A DNA stretch of 62,584 nt, filler included, from Chiloscyllium plagiosum (GCF_004010195.1; 3 parts of one record of this genome joined end to end with filler, not necessarily neighbours in it); one strand, 5' to 3'; numbered from the whole stretch's first letter, positions 25,135 to 38,935 are shown. Made by a program: numbers and translations. Notes: generated by a model from the letters alone, not told the origin.

Positions 25135-26590
25135 AATTGTAGGACAGCCCTTGACATCACGTGTGTGTGTGTTTGTGTGTGTGTGTGAGATCAAGAAGCC
25201 CCTAGCAAACCTGGAGTCAACGGGAATCTGGAGAAAATCTCTCCGCTGGTTGTTGTCAGACATGGAACATAAGAAAATGGAGCTCAGTCATCTCAACTTA
25301 CATCACGTTTCCAGGAGTTCCTCAAGGTAATGTCTTAGACACAACCATCTTCAACTGCTCCATCAATGACCTTCCCTTTATCATAAAGTCAAATGTGGTG
25401 AAGTTCGCCAATGATTGCACTATGTTCAGCATCATTTGCAACGCCTCAGATACTGAAGTAGTTCATAGAATCCCTACAGTCTGGAAGCAGGCCAATGATA
25501 AGATAACCTCTTATTGGTGACGGTCATCAAGTCCACACCTGCAAAGAGCATGCCCCCCCAGACCCCTACCCCATCCATGTAACTCCTACAGCTAATTCAC
25601 CTTGCCTGCACATCCCTGGACACTTTGAGTAATTTAACATTGTCTATCCACCTAACCTGCATATCTTTGGATTGCATGAGGAAAACGGAGCACTTGGAGG
25701 AAACCAACGCAGACATAGTTCTTTTCCAAATACAGCAGGACCTGGACAGTGGCAAGTAACATTCACATCCATACAAATGCCAATTAATGACCATCACCAA
25801 TAAAAGACAATATAAACATTGCCCCTTGACGTTGAATAATGTTTCCATCACTGAATCCCCCACTACCAACGTCCTTGGGTTACCATTGACCACTAACTCA
25901 ACCACACTCATCACATAGAGACAGTAGTTACAAGAGCAGGTCAAAGGCTAGGAGCAAGCACTTCAGTGAGTAACTCACATGTTGACTCTCCAAAGTCTGT
26001 CTACCATCTACAAGGCACAATTCTGGAGTGTGATGGAATACTTCCCACTCCTCTGGATTAGTTCAGGCTGCAACAACACTCAAGAAACTTGACACCATCC
26101 AAGACAAAGCAGCCCAGTTGATTGGCACCACATCCACAACCATTCACTTTACCACCAATGCTTAGTAGCAGTAGAGTGTACCATCTGCTGGTTGCACTAC
26201 AGAAATTCACCAAAGATCCTTCGACAGTATATTCCAAATCCATGACCAATTCCATCTGGAAGGACAAACACATCAGACACCCCTCACCCTTCACAAGTAA
26301 AATAAAACTTAGATAGCATTTCCAAATCCATGACCAAAATGCCTCACAGGATAAGGGCTGCAGGTATATGGGAACACCGCCACCTGTACATTCCCCTCCT
26401 ACCCACTCACCATCTTGACTTGGAACTATATGTTTCTGGATCAAACTCCTGGAGTTATTTCCCATAGAGCATTGTGGGCCTACAGCACATGGACTGCAGC
26501 GATTCAAGAATGCAGCTGACTACCATATTCTCAAGGGCAACTAAGCATGGGTAATAAATGCTGGGATGCCCATGTCCTACAAGTCAATCA
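25135..26590 (+). mobile_element. LINE RT/3' fragment (same family as 30279-33385) with an HE1 insertion at ~25465-25715
   Basis: GVPQG..FNCSINDL..KFAND motifs; tail CAAGGGCAACTAAGCATGGGTAATAAATGCTGG. Confidence 0.75.
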
Positions 26591-26849
26591 AAAAGTTTTA
26601 TTGTCACCATTACTGAAATTAGCTTTCCATTCCAGATATAATTATTGAAGTTAAATTTCACCAGCTGTTCAGATGGCATTCACAACCATGTGCCCAGAAC
26701 AGAAACCTGTGTCCCAGAATTACTAGACTAGTGACATTTCAACTGAACTAGCAATTCCACATAATCAGGAGAGTGTAGCTAAGGTTCATGTAAAAATTTT
26801 AAGGATCTGCTAAATAGCAAGTTTTGAAAACTGCTGCTTTAATCTGAGT

Positions 26850-28052
26850 CCACCTCACCAAGACCTTCCTCACACCTCCATTGCTCGCCTTTAAAAACCA
26901 CCAAACCTCAAACAGATCATTGTTCGTACCAAACTGTCCGGCATTCAGGACAACTCCATACAACCCTGTCACCATAGGCGCTGCAAGACCTGTCAGAGTG
27001 TGGACATGGATACCACCATTACTTGTGGGGACACCTCCTACCATGTACGTGGCAGGTACTCATGTGACTCAGCCAACGTTGTCTAGTTCATACACTGCAG
27101 GCAAGGATGCCCAGAGGCATGGTACATTGGTGAAACCGAGCAGAGGCTACGACATCGGATGAATGGGCACAGCACAACAATCAACAGACAGGAGTGTTCT
27201 CTCCCAGTTGGAGAACACTTCAGCGGTCCAGGACATTCGACCTCGGACCTTCGGATGACCATCTTCCAAGGCAGACTTTGGGACAGGCTGCAGCAAAAAG
27301 TGGCTGAGCAAAGGCTGATAGCTAAGTTAGGTACCCACAGGGACCCATAGGGCCTGAAGAAGGGCTTATGCCCGAAACGTCAATTCTCCTGCTCTTTGGA
27401 TGCTGCCTGACCTGCTTCGCTTTTCCAGCAACACATTTTTCCGCTCTGAACTCCAGCATTTGCAGTCTTCACTTTCTCCTACCCATAGGGAGTGCCTCAA
27501 CCAGGATCTTGGGTTCATGTCACACTACAGGTGATCACCATTGCACTATATACACACACAGACACTCCTACACACAGACACACATACACACACACAAACC
27601 CACATGCAGACATACACAGATATGTTTGTAGGGTGAATTTGTACTTGCAGAGTTACATTGTACTTTACTCAAAAACTGCATGAATCCACTGTAAGACTCT
27701 GCTAACTCATTTTTTTTAGATTAGAATCAGTCTAAACATTATGGCACAGACAACAGAACACAGGGGGCTAACACCTTCACCATCTCATTTGGTCTGACAC
27801 CAATTGTTACAGTTAACCTGAGAATGAAAGAAGTGAAACTACCATGGTCACTCTAACAGATGAGAGACTTAATAAACAATCAAGGTATTTTTCAATGTAT
27901 AATTTCAGTTACATCGCACTATAAACTTTTGCTATACATTCTGTGTCTTACAATTGTGTACTCCACAACCACCTGATGAAGGAGCAGCGCCCCAAAAGCT
28001 AGTGCTTCCAATTAAACCTGTTGGACTATAAACTGGTGTTGTATAATTTTTA
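26850..28052 (+). mobile_element. PLE (family 2) GIY-YIG endonuclease plus 3' terminal repeat
   Basis: CHHRRCKTC..YSCDSANVV..IHCRQGCPEAWYIGETEQRLRHRMNGH; hammerhead relic at 27973-28004. Confidence 0.88.
27353..27480 (+). mobile_element. 128-bp PLE mini-element (family 1) with intact hammerhead core
   Basis: TSD acccataggg at 27343-27352 and 27481-27490; begins CCTGAAGAAGGGCTTATGCCCGAAACGTC. Confidence 0.9.
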
Positions 28053-28784
28053 AGTGAGTCCACCAAGGAATCCACTTAAAAATCAACTAAGAGTAACCCT
28101 CATACAATTGACATTTCCATGATTCATGACTGATACTCTAAGCCAATTTGAAATGAGACATGGATTTTGCATTGCACCAGGGACTGAACAAGAAGAATCT
28201 CAAAGTTATTGAACTGGGAAACATTAGAAACAACAATACACAGACTCCCATTCCATCCTTTCTGAGATCCACCAATACTAACCTTCAGAGATGAAAGTTT
28301 AGTGTTAGCTTTCCACTTCACTTTAAAGAGTCAACATGCAACTGGCTTCTTTGATATGTAATACAAATGCAAATTGTACTGTAACATGTAGCCACAGTCT
28401 TAGATTTTTGATATCCAGATCAGATGAGGTTTAATACTGGATAGAATATCGTTTGTAATGAAGCGATAACAGCAGATTTCCTAATGTTGGTTTCCATGGG
28501 GTAAGCCATCGCCTTGCATAAATTTGCACTCTTCCGAAACACACCAAAAGATAGAAAGGCAATTCTCAGGTATTATTAAAATCGTTTTCAAAATTTTACA
28601 CCAAATTTGAACCATTTGAACCAAGAGAAAACATCAGAGTTATTTCCAGTTTTCGTCAATGTCTTCCATCTCCTTCTCCTCATGTAAATGCTATATCCTT
28701 CAACAATAGCTTGGTTTGGTGAGTAATATACCGTCTCTGAATTTGAAGATTCTGGGCTCCAACCTCATGCTGCTCTAATGTTCT

Positions 28785-29480
28785 ATTACCTTTCTTCATG
28801 GGATCCAGGTATGATTGGCAAGACCAACATTTGTTGCCTATCTCTAATTGGATTAAGTGGTGTGCTAGTTCACTTCAGAGGACAAGTAATATTAAACCAC
28901 ACTGCTTTGGCTCTGGAATCACATATAGACCAGGCTGGGTAAGGATGGCAGATTTCCTTCCCTAAGGACATTAATGAACTAATTTTATGAGAATTGATGG
29001 TAATTTCATAGAATCATCAAATCCCTACAGTGTGGAAACAGGCCATTTAGGCCCAACAGGTCCACACAGACCCTCCTAAGAGTAATCCACCCAGACCCAT
29101 TACCTTACCCTATTTCTCTACATTTACCCCTGACTAATGCAGCTGACCAACACATCCCTGAATACTAAGAACAATTTAGCATGGCCAATTCACCTAACCT
29201 GCACATCGTTGGACTGTGAGAGGAAACCGGAGCACCCGGAGGAAACTCACACAGACACAGGGAGAATGTGCAAACTCCACATAGACAGTCAGCCGAGGCT
29301 GGAATCAAACCTGGGTCCTTGGCGCTGTGAAAGAGCTAACCACTGAGCCACCGTGCCGCCCCTGGTCATCATGATTGAGCTTCGTATTTCAGAATGAATT
29401 TAAATTCCACCAGCTGTCAAAGTGGGGTTTGAGCAAGTGTTGCTGGAGCATTTGCCTCTTGATTATGTATTGAGTGATAT
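28785..29480 (-). mobile_element. tRNA-headed SINE (28785-29006 and 29362-29480) split by an HE1 SINE (29007-29361)
   Basis: Core and tail as at 24590; full HE1 with V-domain inserted. Confidence 0.75.
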
Positions 29481-29751
29481 TTCATTAAATTTATATCATT
29501 TTCGTGCTGAAGCATTAGGGATGGATGAAAGATTAGAACAAACACAGAGAATTCTGGAGAAACTCGACAGGCCTGGCAGCATCTGTGGAGAAAGAAAGGA
29601 AGTTAAAATTTCAATTCTGGTAGGATTCTTGTTTAGAACTTAAGATTTCAGAATGAAAGATGGCTTGTTTCAAAGATTGACGCTTAACTTGGACCACAAC
29701 ATGGCTCTAGGTGAACAAACACATTTTCTCACAAAGGAAAAAAAAAACAAC

Positions 29752-30183
29752 TGAAGTGAATTGGAGGAGGCAATCAAGTGGGCATCACGTTCCTGACTGT
29801 CCGCTCCTGGTCCAGAATAGACAGTGGTATAGAAAACCCTTCACCAGCTTTTTATCTCAAACTCAACCAGCAGCTGGGGAAGGTGGCACAGCTCCCATTC
29901 ACTACCCTTTAGTCTGATAAATGCATCTCTCACCTCCAGACTCACTTGGGGAATGACATTCATTGTGATTGCAATCAGGGCCATAGACTATGAGATGCTT
30001 GACTGGGGTTGTTAACCTTGGTCAAACAGGGCGCCCTGGCTGACAGATATAAAACAGGAGCGTCAGAAGGTCTCCTCAGTCAAGGGACTGACTTTGAGTT
30101 GGCAGGTTACAGCCCATGTACAATGCACGTGTAAATAAATGGTGACTTGGTGACGAGATACTGGGCTCTGTGCAGTTCTTTCA
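29752..30183 (+). mobile_element. Probable solo LTR
   Basis: TG..CA ends, TATAAAA at 30048, AATAAA at 30134; left boundary uncertain and no clear TSD. Confidence 0.5.
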
Positions 30184-30545
30184 GCATTAAATTCTACAAC
30201 AACATTGGCAATACCATTCTGAAAATGTTTTTCTCATATTGCTCTTGCAGGGCTCTTCCAGCAGAATTTGTATAAATAGGGTAAGCAATGGCCTAGTAGC
30301 ATTATTGCTAGATTATTAATCCAGAAACTGAGCTAATGTTCTCGGGACCCGGGTTCGAATCCCGCCATGGCAGATGGTAGCATTTGAACTCAATAAGAAT
30401 CTACCGATGACCACGCAATCATTGTGGATTATCGGAAAAACCCATTTGACTCACTAATGTCCTTCAGGGAAAGTAATCTGCCTTCTTCGTCTGGTCTGGC
30501 CTACATGTAACTCCAGACCCAATGTGATTGACTCTCAATTGCCCT

Positions 30546-31986
30546 TATCTTCACCATGGACATCCAGTCCCTGTACACCTCCATCCCCCATCACGAAGGA
30601 CTCAAAGCCCTCCGCTTCTTCCTTTCCCGCCGTACCAACCAGTACCCTTCCACTGACACCCTCCTTCGACTGACTGAACTGGTCCTCACCCTGAACAACT
30701 TCTCTTTCCAATCCTCCCACTTCCTCCAAACCAAAGGAGGTAGCCATGGGCACCCACATGGGCCCCAGCTATGCCTGCCCCTTCGTAGGATATGTGGAAN
30801 NNNNNNNNNNNNNNNNNNNNNNNNNNNNNNNNNNNNNNNNNNNNNNNNNNNNNNNNNNNNNNNNNNNNNNNNNNNNNNNNNNNNNNNNNNNNNNNNNNNN
30901 NNNNNNNNNNNNNNNNNNNNNNNNNNNNNNNNNNNNNNNNNNNNNNNNNNNNNNNNNNNNNNNNNNNNNNNNNNNNNNNNNNNNNNNNNNNNNNNNNNNN
31001 NNNNNNNNNNNNNNNNNNNNNNNNNNNNNNNNNNNNNNNNNNNNNNNNNNNNNNNNNNNNNNNNNNNNNNNNNNNNNNNNNNNNNNNNNNNNNNNNNNNN
31101 NNNNNNNNNNNNNNNNNNNNNNNNNNNNNNNNNNNNNNNNNNNNNNNNNNNNNNNNNNNNNNNNNNNNNNNNNNNNNNNNNNNNNNNNNNNNNNNNNNNN
31201 NNNNNNNNNNNNNNNNNNNNNNNNNNNNNNNNNNNNNNNNNNNNNNNNNNNNNNNNNNNNNNNNNNNNNNNNNNNNNNNNNNNNNNNNNNNNNNNNNNNN
31301 NNNNNNNNNNNNNNNNNNNNNNNNNNNNNNNNNNNNNNNNNNNNNNNNNNNNNNNNNNNNNNNNNNNNNNNNNNNNNNNNNNNNNNNNNNNNNNNNNNNN
31401 NNNNNNNNNNNNNNNNNNNNNNNNNNNNNNNNNNNNNNNNNNNNNNNNNNNNNNNNNNNNNNNNNNNNNNNNNNNNNNNNNNNNNNNNNNNNNNNNNNNN
31501 NNNNNNNNNNNNNNNNNNNNNNNNNNNNNNNNNNNNNNNNNNNNNNNNNNNNNNNNNNNNNNNNNNNNNNNNNNNNNNNNNNNNNNNNNNNNNNNNNNNN
31601 NNNNNNNNNNNNNNNNNNNNNNNNNNNNNNNNNNNNNNNNNNNNNAGGAACCCTCCAACCACAAGGGATGAACTCGGATTTCACCAGTTTCGTCATTTTC
31701 CCTCCCCCCACCTTGTCTCAGTCAAATCCATCGAACTCAGCACCGCCTTCCTAACCTGCAATCTTCTTCCTGACCTCTCCGCCCCACCCCACTCTGACCT
31801 ATCACCCTCACCTTGACCTCTTTCCACCTATCGCATTTCCAACGTCCCTCCTCCCTACCTTTTATCTTAGCCTGCTGGACACACTTTCCTCATTCCTGAA
31901 GAAGGGCTTATGCCCGAAACGTCGATTCTCCTGTTCCCTAGATGCTGCCTGACCTGCTGCGCTGTTCCAGCAACACATTTTCAGCT
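30546..31986 (+). mobile_element. PLE (family 1) RT to 3' terminus, with an internal gap
   Basis: FTMDIQSLYTSIPH..LVLTLNNF..AMGTHMGPSYA; hammerhead at 31896-31923. Confidence 0.92.
31896..31927 (+). ncRNA. Minimal hammerhead ribozyme motif
   Basis: CTGAAGA-A-GGGC-TTAT-GCCC-GAAAC-GTC, all core nucleotides intact. Confidence 0.8.
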
Positions 31987-34875
31987 CTAAAATCACCTAG
32001 CCAGCCAGTTGTACCAATCGCTACAAAGTCTCACAGAAATGAAACCAGACAGATCATCTGGCATCGAGCTAGGCAACGGAAAAGATAGCAGCAGAAACAA
32101 CCCTGTTAACCCTGCAAAGTCCTCCTCACTAACATAGCGGGGCTAGTGCCAAAATTGGGAGAGCTGTCTCACAGATTAGTCAAGCGACACCCTGACATAG
32201 TCATTCTTATGGAATCATACTTTACAGACAATATCCCAGATATCACCATTCCCATCCTTGGATATGTCCTGTCAGGGATGAGAATGAGCTCCTGACCTCA
32301 TTACAGCCTTGGTTCAAACATGGAAAAAAGAGCTGAATTCCAGAGATGAGGTGAGAGTGACAGCCTTTGACATCAAGGCTGCATCCAACCGAATGTTGCA
32401 TCAAGAAGCCCTCGTGGTTGGAGTCATACCTGACACATAGGAAGATAGTCATGATTGTTGGAGGTCAGTCATCTCAGCTCCAGGAGTTCCTCAGGGTAGT
32501 GTCCTAAGCCCAACCATCTTCAGCTACTTCATCAATGACCTTCTCTTCATCATAAGGTCAGAAGCAGGGATATTTGCTGATGATTGCACAATGTTCAGCA
32601 CCATTCGCAACTCTGAAGCAGTTCATGTCTAAATGCAACAAGATCTGGACAATATCTAGGTTTGAGCTGACAAGAGGTAAGTATTCGTGCCACACAAATG
32701 GTAGGCTATGACCATCACCAACAAGAGACAATCTAACCAAATTCCATTTGCATTCAATCGTGTTGCCATCAGTGAATCCCCCAACTATCAAAATCCTCGG
32801 GCTATCGTTGACCAGAACCTCATCTGAACTCACCACATAAATACAGTGGCTTCAAGAGCAGGTCAGAGGCTAGGAATACTGCAGCGAGTAACTCACCTCC
32901 TGACTCCCCAAAGCCTGATGAAATACTCCACACTTGCCTGGATGAGTGCACCTCAAACAAAATTCAAGAAACTTGACACCATCCAGGATAAAGCAGCCTG
33001 CTTGATCGGCAGTATATCCACAAGCGTCAACTCCCACCACCGTGGATGCTCAGTAGCCTCAATGTGTACTATCTATAAGATTTGCTGTAGAAATTCACCA
33101 AAGATCCTCTGACAATACGTTCCAAACCCACAACCACTTCTATCCAGAATGACAAGGGCAGCAGATATATGGGAACACCATCACCTTCAAGTTCCCCTCC
33201 AAGTCACCCACTATCCTGACTTGGAAATGTATTGGTGTTCCTTCACTGCCATTGGGCCAAAACCCTGGAATTCCCTCCCTAATGGTAACGCAGGTCAATC
33301 CACAGCAAGTGGACTGCAGCAGTTCAAGAAAACGGCTCACCACCACCTTCTCAAGGACGATTAGGGACCTGGAATAAATGCTGATAGATCCTGTGAAAGA
33401 GTAAGCAGGCAAGATAAGTGTGATGTTAGGATGCTGGCAAGACCTGATGTCAGGTGTGAATGGTTTATGACGAGTAAGAATGACAACAGGTGAATAAGGA
33501 TGTAATACCAGAGTGCTAGGGAAGTTGCGTGTCTGGGAAAAGGGCTGGTGCAATAGAGTGCTTAGGGTAGGCCAAGGCTAGGTGGTAGATATCAGGATTT
33601 TTCAGCCTGGAGTGGGGGCTGCTGTCTGCTTCTGGAGAGTCAGGGTGTGGGCAGTGGGCTGGAGGGAATGATGGAGTGGCTGGTCATGTTGCATTTGACA
33701 ATGACGGACAGCATTGTGCTGGGTGCTGGGTGAGGTGGGAGGACATTGGATCGTGGGCAGAAAGGGGTTCTGGGTAGTCCATGGCAGGTCTGACAACAGC
33801 AAGGGCGATGTGAGGTCAGATGAGGAGGGGCATCAGCGGTGATTTACAAGCAAAGAGGCAAGTTGTCATGGACGATAGCAAGGTTGGGTGGGAGGGAAGG
33901 TAGTTGCAGGAGTGTCTCTTCCATTGACAGTGAAGGTGTGATCCTGTAGCATGTCCCAGAAGTGGAGAGGGACTATGAGGGATAGAGTGGGCATGTCAGC
34001 TCCTGTGTGGAGAACGGGATGTCAGGTCGAAGGGACAGAAGATGTTGACAGGTTCTAGTGGCCAGGTAGGGGTCAGCTGCAATGACAAGAGGGTTGTCAT
34101 CTCAAAGTCAGGGGATGTGTAGGAACTGTGGGAGATGTAATTGGTGGAGGATATGCTAAGTATGGGAGTCATTTTAATAGTTACTCAGAGTTAGGCCCAG
34201 TTTATCATAGATTAATTTTTCCTGAGTAACTACTCACTAAAATGCAGCAGAATCTTTCAAATTCTCATATTAGAATGGTTAATTCTGGAGGATTCCAGGA
34301 GCAGAGGATTTGCTCAGTGAAATTTTCAATCTCCCAGGCAATTCTCTCAGAGTCTCCTATATTGAAAATCAGGATTGCACAGGATCCTGGTACACAACTC
34401 CCAGGTATGCTGCAAGAATGCTTACCTGGCCTTTGAAAAACCCAGGACTATTGAGTTTGACATTCAAAATTTTTTTCGAATTGACTTCTATTCATTCAAA
34501 CCTCACAAGCTGTGTGAAGAAATGCATGATTTTAAAATTTCAAAATGATAGACATAAGTGTACCATGACAGACATTGTAGAAATAGCACTACTTTGCTTG
34601 CTTCACTTTTCTCATCTTGTAGTTTTCTCTGAGCTTGACCTAGCAGTCGACCTCAAGTTAACCTATTTGGTGGCTCTATGTTGTGCTCTTTGTGACTACT
34701 TCAATCTTTTGGGCTGCACCCAGCACACATTTCTTGAATACTAACCCTAAGGCCCTCCATTCACTGCTTACTGAAATACATTTTGAAGTGACATTTTGCT
34801 AATCTACTTCACATGGATGAATGGAAAATTCAACACTCAAACTGTTAAAGTTCAAATTTAGATGCTTGGAAATCT

Positions 34876-35608
34876 TCTAAGAGAAAGTGAGGACTGCAGA
34901 TGCTGGAGATCGGAGCTGAAAATGTGTTGCTGGAAAAGCGCAGCAGGTCAGGCAGCATCCAAGGAACAGGAAAATCAACGTTTTGGGCATGAGCCCTTCT
35001 TCAGGAATGAGGAGAGTGTGCCAAGCAGGCTAAGATAAAAGGTAGGGAGGAGGGACTTGGGGAGGGGCGTTGGAAATCAAGAGAGCAGACCAGATCTGAC
35101 CAGATCTGGGACACCCAGACCAACCAATCCAACCACCTGTGGCTCAACACTTCAACTCCCCCTCCCACTCCACCAAGGACATGCAGGTCCTTGGACTCCT
35201 CCATCGCCAGACCATAGCAACACGACGCCTGGAGGAAGAGCGTCTCATCTTCTGCCTAGAAACCCTCCAACCACAAGGGATGAACTCAGATTTCTCCAGT
35301 TTCCTCATTTCCCCTCCCCCCCACCTTGTCTCAGTCAAATCCCTCGAACTCAGCACCGCCTTCTTAACCTGCAATCTTCTTCCTGACCTCTCCGCCCTCA
35401 CCCCATTCCGGCCTATCACCCTCACCTTGGCCTCCCTCCACCTATCGCATTTCCAACACCCCTCCCCCAAGTCCCTCCCCCTACCTTTTATCTTAGCCTG
35501 CTTGGCACACTCTCCTCATTCCTGAAGAAGGGCTCATGCCCGAAACGTCGATTCTCCTGTTCCTTGGATGCTGCCTGACCTGCTGCGCTTTTCCAGCAAC
35601 ACATTTTC
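34876..35608. mobile_element. PLE with ~200-bp inverted terminal arms and a GIY-YIG C-terminal fragment
   Basis: 14-bp TSD atgcttggaaatct at 34862-34875 and 35609-35622; VAQHFNSPSH..RRLEEERLIF. Confidence 0.9.
35522..35553 (+). ncRNA. Minimal hammerhead ribozyme motif
   Basis: CTGAAGA-A-GGGC-TCAT-GCCC-GAAAC-GTC. Confidence 0.8.
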
Positions 35609-38006
35609 ATGCTTGGAAATCTGCCAATCGTCTTTAACAGACACTCTATTGGTTTGTGTTCATTAACCGATTCTTCAACAAAAATGTATCTCATCAACGT
35701 TTGAAAGAAATATTTTGAGATAGTGCCTTAAATTTAACAGCAAAATATTGCTGATAGAAATTATATTATTGAATCAAGAAACAGCTTTTAAAATCCATCA
35801 TATTGAAGAATTATGGAAATGGTGAACATAAACATAAATATTTGCAACCAGGCAAATAATGGACCACTCTTTCAGTGATGGCTTGCAGAATCAGTTGCAG
35901 TCAGGTTGACTGAAGAAAATAACATGATGGAACCCAACTAATGGATCATCAGAAGTTTTGGAGGAACTACAGGCCCCCTGGTTAGTCCAGTCCATTACTT
36001 CAGGACATTTAACATAAAAACATACAATAATCATAATTATTTTCAAAGCACGGCCATCATTTTTGAAAACAATACCCCTTTTTTACTCTGCAGGCTGATT
36101 GAGTTTGATGAAAAGAATTTATTGTGCTCTTTTTAGCAAAGTTAGCGATATTATATTTAAAATAATAATTATGTTATTTGTTTTAAATATAGCACTTTCA
36201 GATGATTTTCCAAAAAATACAATCTCTAAGACCATTCAAGCTTAAGCTGGGGAATAGTTAAAATAAACACTGGATTCAGTAATCTTGTATGAGGTTCATA
36301 TCATTCACTGACCATTTTAGCTGTTAATCAATGGACCAGAGTAGCTCCTCACATCAGAATAATGGAACACTGTTTAACATTTCAAATTGCTCTGGATGAA
36401 ATTGATGCATTTCTTCTGAAACATAAGCTATCTTCACATGCAGAAAGCAGCTGAGAGAAAAAGCACAGAAACCTTCACATGTAATGGGAAAGGACACATA
36501 AGGACAGCTGTCGTACAAACTTCAAGGGGCCCTTTCCCAGACTTAGTAGTGTTGGGGAAAGAGGGAAGAGTGTCAGGAGGTCAGATCTGGTCTGCTCTCT
36601 TGATTTGCCACACCACCCTCCCCTTGTTTGAAGTTTATAGCCTTGTCTTAATCAGTACAGCCTGTCATCGTGACTCTGCACTATCCACCCTGAATGCTGC
36701 TTGCGGAATGCTTTATGTTTCTCTGAGCTCCAGTAAAGTATCAGTCACGCTCCTTTTTTACTTAACATCTGAAAGTGCAGACAAGCTGAATTGTATTAAA
36801 CTAATAACCATTGAATCCCACTCCAAAGACAATCAACAACACATCAAACATGATAAAAGACCCTCGTTTCATGATTAAATGTGCTTATACTCGGTGAGGC
36901 TTTTTGTGTATCCTTTCAATCCCGTAGACCTTTTCTGAATCCTTAAACCAATACTAATACACTGAAAAACAAATTAATACTTGTTGAGAAAACAGAAAGT
37001 CAGCAGCAGACTGGATGTTTCAATGCAATTACAATTGAAATGATGCGCCAGTGAATTCCGGACACCTGCGCCAACGTAATACGTGGTGAAAGGTTTTTAT
37101 ACCTGAGAACTCATGAAGATCATCTTTGAGAACAACAGAACACCCTTGCCATGCTTTCTGCTAAGGAGAGTTGTGATAATTCTGTGATTACAGCAGTCAG
37201 GCCAACAATTCATGTAGTTTTAATGAGCTAACTGCTGAGGAAATTATGCATTCCCAAAACCATTATAGCAGAAAAACTCAAAGCACAGAGGGAGGCCACC
37301 TAACTCATTGTGTCTATGCCATTTTTTTTTATCTTCCTCTGCCACAAATATCTTATGTAATTAATATAAAAGATATAATGATCATTGTCTCAAGTAGTCC
37401 TTTATTTATTAAGAAGTTGAAATCGACTGGCTTTTTCTCCAGATAATTTTCTCCTCCATCTGTTCAGAGATATTACTACACACCTCCAGAGCAAGTAAAT
37501 CTCAAACTTGGAACCCTTGGACCAGAGATAGCAACACTACAACTGTGCCACAAGAGCCACGACTACATTTTATCACGGATTTGTCTTCCATCACTTACCT
37601 CTCTTGTATGAAATTATTTATTTAAATCTGCTGGTCCCTTCAATCACACTGTTCAATGTCTTTCACTGGAGTGGGTCTCTTCATCCGTATATTTTCTGAC
37701 TTACAAAATGTATAAGCAATCACATATCCACAGTAAAATACCAAAGCCACTTTCTGAAACCAATCTGTCTTTTGGCACTCTTGTTTTAAATCCTGTTTGC
37801 AGTTTACCTTGAGAACTTTTAGTGTGATTTAACCTAATGTTTCCTATGGCCTAATTATCTATTTAGACTCAGAACAGAAGACGGCCATGTATTGAGGCAT
37901 AAGCTACATCATATTCACGGAATTGTACATTATCTGCTGGGTATCAAAATTCTCAGTTTTAGTTATCCAAGAAAGGATCCTCAATTGCTTCGCTGGTCAC
38001 AAATAG

Positions 38007-38314
38007 GATTAGATTAGATTCCCTACAGTGTGGGGGACAGGCCTTTGGCCCAACAAGTCCACACCAACCCTCCAAAGAGCAACCCACCCAGACCCATTCC
38101 CCTACACCTAACACTACGGACAATTTGGCATGGCCAATTCACCTAACCTGCACATCTTTGGATTGTGGGAGGAAACCGGAGCACCCAGAGGAAACCCCAC
38201 AGATATGGGGAGAATGTACCAACTCCACACAGACAGTTGTCCAAGGCAGGAATTGAACCGGGATCCCTGGTACTGTGAGGCAGCAGTGCTAACCACTGAG
38301 CCACCGTGCCACCC
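38007..38314 (-). mobile_element. HE1/V-SINE
   Basis: Head, V-domain and tail. Confidence 0.88.
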
Positions 38315-38784
38315 CAGTGGTCAATGGAAAATAGGTTCCATAACAAGAGTTCAAATAACAAGACCTGGGATTAAAATACTGATTGCAGCAGAAAGGTTCT
38401 TGGCCACTTTCCAACTTACAAAGCAAAATATACTGTCCATCTATCTAATGTCCTGATATGAAAATAATATACTAGCTGGCTTGACTAGGCTCAGAAGAAA
38501 TGAAAATGAACAATGATTGTTGACATATCTGTTCAGTGATTTTTTTTTGTTTAGCTGAAAACATTTGGATATTTAATTGGATTAACTGGTCATTTTTAAT
38601 TTTGAATGTTGATTTTTGAATTAATTCAATAATTTTATCCATTTAGTGACTGGTTAGCAGTAACACCTTTCTGTTAATTTCATTACCTGGCTAGGCATAT
38701 TAAAAAAATTGCAATGAATTGAAATGAGTTGAATTGTTGAAGACAGCTGTTAATGTGTATGATTCACATTTAAAACATTGGTGT

Positions 38785-38935
38785 TTAAGGGCATTTAAAT
38801 GGTCAGTGGATAGTCTATATGGATGAAAATGGAATAGTATAGGTTAGATGGGCTTCAGATTGGTTCAACAGGTCCTCATAACATCAAGGGCCGAAGAGCC
38901 TGTACTACGCTGTAATGTTCTATGTCCTATGTTCT
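38785..38935 (+). mobile_element. CR1 3' tail
   Basis: Homologous to 8360-8487. Confidence 0.75.

Larger units (their letters stand above)
30279..33385 (+). mobile_element. Internally deleted LINE with a tRNA-derived Pol III head, interrupted by a PLE
   Basis: A box 30289-30299, B box GGTTCGAATCC 30352-30362; endonuclease start TNIAGLVPKLGEL..PDIVILMES (~32128-32270); RT AFDIKAA, GVPQGSVLSP, FADD; 3' tail. Confidence 0.8.

Noticed and set aside
30556..31816. 300-370 aa ORFs
   Set aside because: Their length comes from N runs; the real parts are PLE RT and endonuclease fragments.
37103..37160. Possible small minus-strand coding exon (KAWQGCSVVLKDDLHEFS)
   Set aside because: The donor is weak, no protein is recognisable and no partner exons were found.
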